From Flectonema sp. DT1601 (Eukaryota), in NCBI GenBank assembly GCA_964019425.1, contig OZ025786.1:1178001-1242000 (forward strand): a stretch of DNA of 64,000 nucleotides, in the 5' to 3' direction. A model generated the notes under the pieces. It was given only the letters and a program-made list of their open reading frames with translations, was not told the DNA's origin and made no database searches. Positions within the stretch are counted from its first letter, which is position 1; each line of letters opens with the position of its first letter. Positions 23,923-32,600 of the stretch are shown here, piece by piece. The translations under genes were made by a program, and so were the position numbers.

Positions 23923-25164
23923 TCAATCTTGAGGTGTCGCTGAGACTCCTCCTCCAGGGGTGATTCGCGTTTGCGCCTCAACCGATTTAACAATTCTCAG
24001 TATCTGAGGTTTACTTGGATTGTCTACTATGGATCTGACATCTTCATATCGAGAACTTCCTAAGTTCATACTTGGACAGGAAGTATCCTTAAAAGATGAA
24101 TAACAGCTCAACGTGGAATCGAACTTGGAGATATTTAAGATGTCTCGGAAGGTGGGACTATCAGATCTCAGATTACGACGTGCCCAATCCCTAGTGATTC
24201 GATCAACGTTACATCTTCTGTTTGATGCTCGTTCTTCCAGTTCTGATACTGAAGTTGTGTATTTCATCTGACACAGAACTGGTTGTGATTTCTGCACCGC
24301 ATCAGTCTTAACGTCGTATGTTACTTCAGGCGATTGCTCTTTAATCATTTTCGTTTTTATGTAACCAGGCACCACTTCTCTCGAGCATGTCAGAGCCATG
24401 TTTGGACCTCGAATCCGGGTCCCCTTTCGTTTCTTAGCCGCCCTCGGTGTAGGCTGCTGAAGAGGAGTGAGAGGAGCAGTGATCCCTTTGAGTTTTTTGT
24501 TCTTTGCCGACGCAGGTTTTTCTCTAAAAATTTGAGGCATATACTGATCAGAATCATCAGTAGAAGAAGCAAGTACTCTCGCCACAATAGCTTGTTGGAT
24601 AGGAGAACCGTCAGATTTCTTTTTCAGACCAGGAGTCGAACTGGATCGGCGAAGCCATGTCATTTTCTGACTGCGGCGACTTGTGGTTTTAGTGAAGTCT
24701 GGAACTAGTTTTTTTGTATCTTTGACAACGTCGGCGAAGTCAAGTGGGCTGTTATAGTCTGGGGTGACACAATTCTTTGTGACACCCTGAAGAGGAGAAC
24801 TTCTACCCGACGTCAGAATCGCAAACCGAGACCCACGCCTGAACCTACTGCAATATTCAACAGACGGCTCTAATGTTAGAAAATGATGATCAGTGGTGAC
24901 TACTTTTCGTGTTGGTCTTCGCAAACCATCAATACCCCCCGTCATCACCGGAGATGGGCAATGCGGCTGAGCTGATCTGCCATTATAATACTTCCCTGGA
25001 CTGAATCCCTGCACTTTGTAACGATGTAACACGGATGCATTGTATGTCGGTGAAGGATCAAAATTCATCGCCATATCACCCGATCTACCAGTGCTCTTAG
25101 CAAATCGTAAAATGTGTTTTGCTTCATCCCAACCAGAGTCATCAAGGAACCGTAAGTGAGGCAT
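23923..25164 (-). CDS. Hypothetical basic protein (413 aa), possibly flagellar/microtubule-associated
   Basis: Long ORF preceded by CTAAT...CAG acceptor-like sequence. Short motifs SPGKY, PDY and PDFTKTTSR recall PGP/SHIPPO-type repeats (weak). Confidence 0.7.
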   Translation of the reverse strand: MPHLRFLDDSGWDEAKHILRFAKSTGRSGDMAMNFDPSPTYNASVLHRYKVQGFSPGKYYNGRSAQPHCPSPVMTGGIDGLRRPTRKVVTTDHHFLTLEPSVEYCSRFRRGSRFAILTSGRSSPLQGVTKNCVTPDYNSPLDFADVVKDTKKLVPDFTKTTSRRSQKMTWLRRSSSTPGLKKKSDGSPIQQAIVARVLASSTDDSDQYMPQIFREKPASAKNKKLKGITAPLTPLQQPTPRAAKKRKGTRIRGPNMALTCSREVVPGYIKTKMIKEQSPEVTYDVKTDAVQKSQPVLCQMKYTTSVSELEERASNRRCNVDRITRDWARRNLRSDSPTFRDILNISKFDSTLSCYSSFKDTSCPSMNLGSSRYEDVRSIVDNPSKPQILRIVKSVEAQTRITPGGGVSATPQD

Positions 25165-25211
25165 TGCTTGACTTCAGTCAACTGTTGTGATAGGAAAGAA
25201 TTAGTTAATAA

Positions 25212-25982
25212 CATAGATGGAAGTGCCCTCCAAATTTGGAGGGCGCCTGGTGAAAATCAGCCACAAAAATTTGTAGGGCCAAAATAGGGCCATTGTAGGG
25301 CCAAAATAGGGCCAAAATAGGGCGCTGGAGGGCGCGTAGGGCGCTTTTTTAATTAAATTTAATATAATGCCGAGCTCATTTTGACACACCCCTGCCCTCA
25401 GCGAGGGTCGAATCGCATCTTATTTGACTTTTCTCCGGTTCGCCTGATCAAATGCGTCTCTGGGATATCAGTTTACTTGCCACCAGTAAACTTCTTTTTT
25501 TTTCTCACAAGGTACCGTGAAGACCGGCCTATTAACAGGTTAGCAAGAACGCACTCTCCCTCCTCGAATCCCTCTATATTCGACTCGGTGCATTCTGCGG
25601 GCTAATCAGCTCCTTGTAGGTCTGGGATGCATCGTCCACTGAACTGAGTTTCAGCTTCAGGGATTGCAGCAGGCTCCGGAAGCTCTCAAGGAGTAGCCCA
25701 TTGTTTTTGCCATTGTTGACCTCCGAACCATGACCTGGAGGTCTCGGGTTCGAACCCCGTGACACCCTTTTTTCTCTTTTTCGAAAGACTGCCAAGCATG
25801 TCAAAATTTTTTTTTTGCTTCTGCGTCAAAATACTTGTGCGTCAGTGTAAGTCCCCGTCAATTTAGCTGTCTTATAGTAATAAAAAAGGAAAAAAAAAGC
25901 GCCCTCCAAAATAATATTTATATTAAAAGCGCCCTACAAGCGCCCTACACGCCCTCCAAATTGTAGGGCACTTCCATCTATG
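25212..25982. mobile_element. Non-autonomous DNA transposon (MITE), 771 bp, ~34-bp TIRs, TAATAA flanking duplication
   Basis: Left end CATAGATGGAAGTGCCCTCCAAATTTGGAGGGCG; right end CGCCCTCCAAATTGTAGGGCACTTCCATCTATG. TAATAA flanks both sides, and oriented subterminal AGGGC repeats sit at both ends. Confidence 0.88.
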
Positions 25983-26076
25983 TAATAATTAATTATAATA
26001 AATTATTATACTTTTTTTTAGAATAAAAAAAAAAACGAAGTGTAAGTGAATAATAATTAAAAAAAAAAAAGAAAAA

Positions 26077-29000
26077 TTATGAAACAGGAGAACCTCCATT
26101 ATACGATTCCCTTTCTCCAGTGACGACAGGATTATTTTCTAAATACGAACGCAGCATTTGAGCTGCAGGAGTGTCTTTTGCTTTTTCAGTTGCGGAAATC
26201 ATAGCAGCGTAGTCAGTTGAAAGTTTTTCATGGTACGGAATACCAGCATACGTTAAGGTATCTCCAGTGATCTGCCGAAGTTTAGCACATGTCTTATCAA
26301 GTTCAGACCCCAGTGATAGTATCTTCCGACACGTATTCATCATCACACTTGGGTTGTTAATTATTGAAGGATCAGCTCCCATATTCTGAATAAGTTTTTG
26401 TAGTATATTTTCACGTGTAAACAACGTCACTTGAGCTGCTTTCCACAATTTTAACCTGATTTTGAGTTCCCTAACTCCACATTGAGATCCATACTTGCTA
26501 GTTAGGACGTGTTTTTGAGCAAACGTCATTTTTAAACTTGCCAATACGCTGTCGATTTCAGAAAGATATTTCGATAATTGGACGTCATCAGCAGTGTTTG
26601 AATTATCGTTATCGTCACTAGATGACGACTGGAGGAGGGTATTTAGGTTTACCTCTTCAATATTATTGAGGTCTTGTTGTAATGATGTTGTTGGATCTTC
26701 ATTTTGAAATGAATTCGACCAAAGGTTCGATGCTCTCAAGATATCAACTGCTTTCTTTTTTAAACAAGGTCGGTATTTTCTTATTAGAATATCTTGAATA
26801 ACCGCGTTGTGTTCTCGATCTCTTTGCTGTTGATTTTTAATATTTCGTTGTTGTTGTAATTCTGATGAACTCAACGACGATAAATCCTCACTCGTAAACA
26901 TGTAATGTAGACGACCTTCCTCTTCTAAGACTCTCGGTTGAGATGAAATAAACTCTACATCATTGACGAATCGTTCTTGGATACACCGCGGTGATATTCT
27001 AAGGTATCCATGCACTACTGCTATCAATTCATTATAAAGTAATGCTCGCTGTCTCATTCTACTCTCTTTTTCACCAACAATAACAGACATATTAACATTA
27101 TCAGCTGATTGCTGGAGTACCTGATTCGATGATTGTTCAAGTTGAGTAGTGTCGTTCTTCTTTATCCAATAGCCGTTAATCATTTGAACCCATCCTCCTT
27201 CAATTGATATTATGTTTAATAAACAACCTTTTTTATAAGGTGATTTTATTAAGGATGCCTTTGCTGATCCCGGAGTTACCATTCCGCTGTCTTTCTTACA
27301 TGAAAAAGCATTAGTTAGATCAACAGAAACAGTGAAAAGTAAAAAATTTGGAACGACCGCGCCGTTGTAAACACTGGTGGTAGGGACACGTTGGTCTTGA
27401 TGATGGACTTCGTGTTTGGGTTCGTTTTTGTAAGTGCTGTCGTTAAGTTCACTTTCTGACTCGTCATGGTCAGATGAGTGACTGTCAATGGTTGCTTGTA
27501 GCCTATCACTCATAAGTAACTTACTTATAATGTCAGCTGCAGCACCATTTGGAGGTTTCTTCCCACGGATATCACTTAACCCTTCCGCTGAAGGTACAAA
27601 TCCATATCGCTCCATAAAAGCTCTTATTGTATCATTTATGCAAGATACATTCTCATGTTGCACAGCTTTCGATAAATAAATTGCCAATTCTCGTTTTTTA
27701 TTCGCAATCTCTAATGCTCGATTGGCTTCTTTCTTAGCAATACCAGTGTCAGAACCGACATCGGTTTCGATTTTTGATTTTTTCCATCGGTTCATCAGAG
27801 ATGTTGTCCTCTCCCGGACTTTAATCCGCAAAGTGCAGTAATATTTAACTAACTGTGTAAGGTGGAATTCTGACTGTGGTGTGAAAGGTTCAGAAATACC
27901 CAACTCAAGAGTAAACAACACTTCTACTCCTTTTGACCAGGTTCTAAGAACCGAAAGTCGGTGTTCAGTTAGCATTTCAAGAAACTTTGCAGCTGCCGCT
28001 TTCTTTTTTTGACATCTACTTTTTGAATGAATAGCTGCCGTAGTTGCTATCTCTGAATCAGTTGTATCAGATATCGCAGGTAGTAAGGATTTCAAAGATT
28101 GAATTAATAGGTTTCGTGTAACTCTGACGTAGGACATCTGATTGCCGCGACCCTTTTTTCGAAGAGTTATTTCCTTACAGAGAAATGTGATCGTAGTTTC
28201 CAATAACTTCAACACTTCTCTTTGAATCGATAATGTCTCAAGTGACGATGTATACCCTCCTGATTCATCTTTCGAATCTGGAAACTCTGTTTGAGTACGT
28301 TGAGGTTCATCATCACTGCTGTCTTCTTCAGCATTCTCAGATATCGGATTCTGAACTGATTGGTGAGTCTTTAAATTACTATGCACCGCATGTTTTTGAG
28401 CATATAACTCCTGTTCATTATCATACTTAAACAGTCTCCTCAGTTCATTACCTGAAGGATTATCTAAAGACTGATTGCTAAAGATTGCACGTTGTGGAGA
28501 ATATGTTGGGTGTTTGGGGGATTGGTGTTGCTCAGTTTCTTTTTCACTGCTTTTAACAAGATCTGGGTCAATGATCTCTACCAGTGAAGGAGAGTAAAGC
28601 ATACTCTCAACTGATAAGAAAACAGCGTTACGCTCCCATTGTTGTACTCCAGGGACTAATGGAGGAGTGATGTCTGAATCTCTTCTAACTGTTCCAGGTT
28701 GTTGTTCATGAACTTTTGCTGCTCCACTCATCCATGCTCTGGGTTCTGTGTATCTTCCAACTATATCTGTTGCTCGTGATTGACCGTCCAACTGTTTCGC
28801 ACGTTTTCTTTGCCTTTGACTGATGTTTGCGTACGATCTGTGTTCCCACTGTTTTTGCAACCATTCAGCAGCTGTAAACTCTATATTATGAGTTGTCGGC
28901 TCACTCTTCTTACCCAATCGCGATTTTGGAGCTCTCGCTTCTTCCTTTTTAGCATCTGCTTGCTCTGTAAAGAATGAAACAACTTCAGCCTGAGGTTTGT

Positions 29001-29667
29001 TATTACGATTATCCCCAGTCGGGTGTATTACTGGTAGAGTCCTGAGTTCTGGTTGTGCTGGTGATGGGGATTTCTTTTCTGACTTTTCACCTTTTTTAGT
29101 AGAGGTGATGCCTTTCTTCAGACACGTTGTCCTGCAGCGGCGTTTTCGCTCTTCTTCGTTGTCGTGTAACTCGTTGACCCCGCTAACATATCGTTTATTC
29201 AGTTCTGTCTCTAGCCTTCCAGCGATAGATGTATCAGTGACTGGTCTCTGAACTTCATCTTTTGTAGTTTGGTTAAATGAAGAGCTCTCTTTTTCACGAA
29301 GAGCATGTTCCTTATTTAGAGTCTGCATTCGTATCTTGCCCACAGCTGTAAGAAGCATATTCTCAGCTCTAATTGTATTCACATCCGTATCGAATATCCC
29401 ACGGTTTACTAATTCTGTTCGTTTTTTCTTATACTTCGCTGTTAGGATTCGTTTTTCTTTTTCGAAACTCTCTGTTGCAGTCTGCATTCGCTGCATCATA
29501 CCAACCTTTCCGGGTTTCTCTTCAGACTGTTTGTAATCGTCATTATCAGTGATCATTCTGAAGACTATAAAAGAATTAAATATTAAATACGAGGAAGGGA
29601 AATGACTTTTAATAAAACGATTTACGAGAAGGTGCACCTCGTTGTTAATTAAACCACCGGAAGTCAT
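26077..29667 (-). CDS. Large coiled-coil protein with CCDC87-like C-terminus (true start may be 29556)
   Basis: 1196-aa ORF. The C-terminal LKMT...SKYGS...WKAAQ..LFTRE.IL...TGDTLTYAGIPYHEKLSTD resembles the CCDC87/MAP65-related C-terminal pattern from memory. Confidence 0.75.
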   Translation of the reverse strand: MTSGGLINNEVHLLVNRFIKSHFPSSYLIFNSFIVFRMITDNDDYKQSEEKPGKVGMMQRMQTATESFEKEKRILTAKYKKKRTELVNRGIFDTDVNTIRAENMLLTAVGKIRMQTLNKEHALREKESSSFNQTTKDEVQRPVTDTSIAGRLETELNKRYVSGVNELHDNEEERKRRCRTTCLKKGITSTKKGEKSEKKSPSPAQPELRTLPVIHPTGDNRNNKPQAEVVSFFTEQADAKKEEARAPKSRLGKKSEPTTHNIEFTAAEWLQKQWEHRSYANISQRQRKRAKQLDGQSRATDIVGRYTEPRAWMSGAAKVHEQQPGTVRRDSDITPPLVPGVQQWERNAVFLSVESMLYSPSLVEIIDPDLVKSSEKETEQHQSPKHPTYSPQRAIFSNQSLDNPSGNELRRLFKYDNEQELYAQKHAVHSNLKTHQSVQNPISENAEEDSSDDEPQRTQTEFPDSKDESGGYTSSLETLSIQREVLKLLETTITFLCKEITLRKKGRGNQMSYVRVTRNLLIQSLKSLLPAISDTTDSEIATTAAIHSKSRCQKKKAAAAKFLEMLTEHRLSVLRTWSKGVEVLFTLELGISEPFTPQSEFHLTQLVKYYCTLRIKVRERTTSLMNRWKKSKIETDVGSDTGIAKKEANRALEIANKKRELAIYLSKAVQHENVSCINDTIRAFMERYGFVPSAEGLSDIRGKKPPNGAAADIISKLLMSDRLQATIDSHSSDHDESESELNDSTYKNEPKHEVHHQDQRVPTTSVYNGAVVPNFLLFTVSVDLTNAFSCKKDSGMVTPGSAKASLIKSPYKKGCLLNIISIEGGWVQMINGYWIKKNDTTQLEQSSNQVLQQSADNVNMSVIVGEKESRMRQRALLYNELIAVVHGYLRISPRCIQERFVNDVEFISSQPRVLEEEGRLHYMFTSEDLSSLSSSELQQQRNIKNQQQRDREHNAVIQDILIRKYRPCLKKKAVDILRASNLWSNSFQNEDPTTSLQQDLNNIEEVNLNTLLQSSSSDDNDNSNTADDVQLSKYLSEIDSVLASLKMTFAQKHVLTSKYGSQCGVRELKIRLKLWKAAQVTLFTRENILQKLIQNMGADPSIINNPSVMMNTCRKILSLGSELDKTCAKLRQITGDTLTYAGIPYHEKLSTDYAAMISATEKAKDTPAAQMLRSYLENNPVVTGERESYNGGSPVS

Positions 29668-29852
29668 CGTATCTCCCTAACCAGCAAAAGCCGTCAGAAA
29701 GTATTCAAGAATTTGAGGCATGCTTCCTCTCCCTTGCCATTCATCTTGTGACTGATATATTTTTCTCAAGATTGACACCAAAAAAGAGACAATAGTGACG
29801 AAACAAAAAATATAAGATGCGATAAAAAATAAAAAACGCAAAATTTTGGCAA

Positions 29853-29934
29853 GGCGAGATGGCCGAGCGGTCTAAGGCGCTACGTTCAGATCGTAGTCTC
29901 TTCGGGGGCGTGGGTTCAAACCCCACTCTCGTCA
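29853..29934 (+). tRNA. trnL-CAG: tRNA-Leu(CAG)
   Basis: Acceptor GGCGAGA/TCTCGTC+A73; D arm TGGCCGAGCGGTCTAAGGC; anticodon stem CTACG/CGTAG with loop TTCAGAT; long variable arm; T arm GTGGGTTCAAACCCCAC; TTTT terminator. Confidence 0.96.
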
Positions 29935-30156
29935 GTTTTACCCAAGGTCTGTCCATCCCGAAGCTGCCATGTACCTGCAATGGTAAAATAACAGTGAGAA
30001 GGCAATTTCAGTGCAAATTGGTTGCTGTAAACGGCATGCAAGAGCTGGATTAAGTGGCATTTTTTTCTGCTTAGAGAGAAAGTAATTAGAAGACATGGTA
30101 AATGTAGTAAATTAGGCGGAATAAACTGCATCGCCCGCTGATAAACAAAAAAGCAA

Positions 30157-31140
30157 TCATGCCAACTTGCCCACTTCAACAACATAAACAGCATGTGTAC
30201 CCCGATCTTCTTCTTCAACTCTGGCGATTTTGAGAGGGGGGATTTTGAGAGTCCCCTCCTTTCGCTGTACTTCCATCTCATCGATTAGTGGTGGTAACCC
30301 TCCCTTTGAGATCCAATCTTTGAAATGACAGTTGTGATCAGTTGTCCATTCCATAAATGAATTTCTGGCCTGACTGAGATTTGAAAACCCTGACGCAGAT
30401 GGAGTGAAATCAAGAATGATTAGAGTTCCACCTTGTGTTTTGAGTGACGTATTTTCAAGACAAGAAAATCTACGATTCTGATCGAGTTCATGAAGGCACA
30501 TCGAAATAACACAATGTGTAAAAGGACCTTCAAGTGAATCCTTCAAGTCGAAAACATCCATATTTATCGCAGTCAAATTCTGATAACCAAGATTCTTAAA
30601 CCTAACTTTATTAAATTCTTGTATTGCAGAGTCACTGTCAATAGTTGTGACAGTACCGTTATTCTCACCAACTTCAATGGCAACCATCTTTGAAAGCTCA
30701 CCGTTGCCAGTACCAACGTCAAGTACCCTTGCATCTTTAACCTGATAAAGCTGCTCACATACAGCAAATCTTGTTAGGACAGTTGCTCTGCCATCATCGT
30801 GTAAGAAATACCAAACTGGAAGTATTGTGAAACTTATAATGGAGAACACTCTTACAACAGAAACTAACCAGCTGCGTAGACCACCTCCCCTTGAGCGATG
30901 ACCATTCCAAATTTGATGGATCCAACTTGCCATTCCTACCTTCTGTACTTTTCTAATCCTATCCATCAGTCCCTTTGAAGCTAACGTCTCACCCGTTGCA
31001 CCAAGTTTTATAGCTGCGTTTACAGTTGGGGATGTTGACTGATATGAACGTGGTCTTTTTAACTCTTCCTTCTTTAAAGCTTTCATACGATCTCGCCTGC
31101 TGGTGCAATACCCACATCTAGATGTGACTCTCCTCAGCAT
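30157..31140 (-). CDS. Class I SAM-dependent methyltransferase with mitochondrial presequence and one TM segment
   Basis: MLRRVTSR N-terminus; TM FSIISFTILPVWYFL; motif I VLDVGTGNG; MCLHEL; GGTLIILDF. Confidence 0.85.
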   Translation of the reverse strand: MLRRVTSRCGYCTSRRDRMKALKKEELKRPRSYQSTSPTVNAAIKLGATGETLASKGLMDRIRKVQKVGMASWIHQIWNGHRSRGGGLRSWLVSVVRVFSIISFTILPVWYFLHDDGRATVLTRFAVCEQLYQVKDARVLDVGTGNGELSKMVAIEVGENNGTVTTIDSDSAIQEFNKVRFKNLGYQNLTAINMDVFDLKDSLEGPFTHCVISMCLHELDQNRRFSCLENTSLKTQGGTLIILDFTPSASGFSNLSQARNSFMEWTTDHNCHFKDWISKGGLPPLIDEMEVQRKEGTLKIPPLKIARVEEEDRGTHAVYVVEVGKLA

Positions 31141-31347
31141 TATTATTTACTCTCCTGTTGTGATATTTCTTATAAATTACGATGTCTTGATGGAAATTTT
31201 TTCTCTTCTTCGACAGATGTGGTAGTACCTGGAAAACCTGCAGTTTATCTTCTTAGCGCGCACTCATGTAACACAAGGATCGCTTCCGAGGGTTTTGCTC
31301 TCTGCCATACCTGCCTCTCCCTCACTAAAAAAAATATTTCAAAGGAG

Positions 31348-32529
31348 TCAGAAAAGAGCTTGTTTCACAACATGGCCATCACAAAAGGAATCAATGCCAC
31401 GTAATTTTAATTGACCACACCCACTAAAAAAAGAACAGTTGCCAAAAGCACCCAAAACTTGAGACACACAGACCAAAGGAGAAATATCAATTTCAGTTAA
31501 TCTGCTACAGCCAGAAAAAAATCCGTTTTGGATTTCTGTCGTTTTTGTAAAAGCAGATAAATCGACATACTGAAGTGATTCGCAATTGCCAAAAAAATGA
31601 GTACCGATTTTTGTAACGTTATTGAAAAAAGAAAAATCGAAAGAAGACAGAGAAAGACAGGTGAAAAAAACACAACTACCGATTTCAGTTTTGTTTACTA
31701 AACTTGATAATCCTGAAACAGAAGTCAATGACTTGCACCGAGCCAAAAACATATCAGGTAACACGATAACGTGTGTCAAAGCACCCAAATCAACAGAGAG
31801 AAGGGACTGACACTCAAAAAGGAATCCACCCCCGATACTCTCAACGTTTACGAAAACAGAAAGATCCACTGATGTGAGTGATAAACAGCCTTCAAGGAAT
31901 CCTTTGTTAATTGTCCTCACGCCAGAAAGACCAGAAGTTCCTATTAAGGTGAGCGACTCACACTCCTGTAAGAAACAATCACCAATACTGGTCACACTTT
32001 GCAAACCCGAAAAATCAATATCCGTTAGCGATAAAGAGTTTTTGAGAAACCCATTTCCAATGATTGAAACAGAACAGTCAGCTGAAAGAATAACAGTTGT
32101 CGGGTTGAGAAACGAAATTCTTGAAAATTCAAATGGCAACAACTCTCGTTTAATTTCAACACAGCCATCGACTGCGAATGTTGAGGTGTCTAGGAGAAGT
32201 CTTTCATCTCCCCTTTCGTGAAGTTCCACAAGTTTTTTTTTTTTCCCATCATCAACCAACCAGTTCTTACCAAATACACTTATGACTGATACACTCAACT
32301 GCGAACCAGATTCTAGTCCGTATGAAACCAACAGACTGGAATTTCGAAGCAATTCCGCTTCGTGCGACAGTTGGAGTAGTTCTTCGACAGCGTTCCATTC
32401 ATCGGCAGCAACTCGAAGTGCGTCACTGACGACAGACTTATCTGTTACCGTAAACATGACATCTGGGTAATCTGAACCAGGACAGGTTAGTAAGACTTCC
32501 ATCGTCGGATCTACCTTTGTTCGTTTCAT
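31348..32529 (-). CDS. Ubiquitin-like N-domain plus BspA/TpLRR-type leucine-rich repeats
   Basis: N-terminal UBL-like ...LLQLSHEAELL..SSLLVSYGLESGSQLSV; repeated IGxxFLxxCxSLTxVDLSxL units. Confidence 0.85.
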   Translation of the reverse strand: MKRTKVDPTMEVLLTCPGSDYPDVMFTVTDKSVVSDALRVAADEWNAVEELLQLSHEAELLRNSSLLVSYGLESGSQLSVSVISVFGKNWLVDDGKKKKLVELHERGDERLLLDTSTFAVDGCVEIKRELLPFEFSRISFLNPTTVILSADCSVSIIGNGFLKNSLSLTDIDFSGLQSVTSIGDCFLQECESLTLIGTSGLSGVRTINKGFLEGCLSLTSVDLSVFVNVESIGGGFLFECQSLLSVDLGALTHVIVLPDMFLARCKSLTSVSGLSSLVNKTEIGSCVFFTCLSLSSFDFSFFNNVTKIGTHFFGNCESLQYVDLSAFTKTTEIQNGFFSGCSRLTEIDISPLVCVSQVLGAFGNCSFFSGCGQLKLRGIDSFCDGHVVKQALF

Positions 32530-32600
32530 GTGCGCGCCTGTAATGAGAGATATGTTTTCCTTAATAAAAACAAAACTTTTTCACATTCCCATTTAGGCAT

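Noticed and set aside
29640..29760. snRNA/7SL gene divergent from the tRNA, as in trypanosomes
   Set aside because: No recognisable U1-U6, U3 or SRP motifs at the expected distance.
29859..30053. ORFs overlapping the tRNA (64 aa plus strand, 79 aa minus strand)
   Set aside because: They are chance translations of the tRNA gene.
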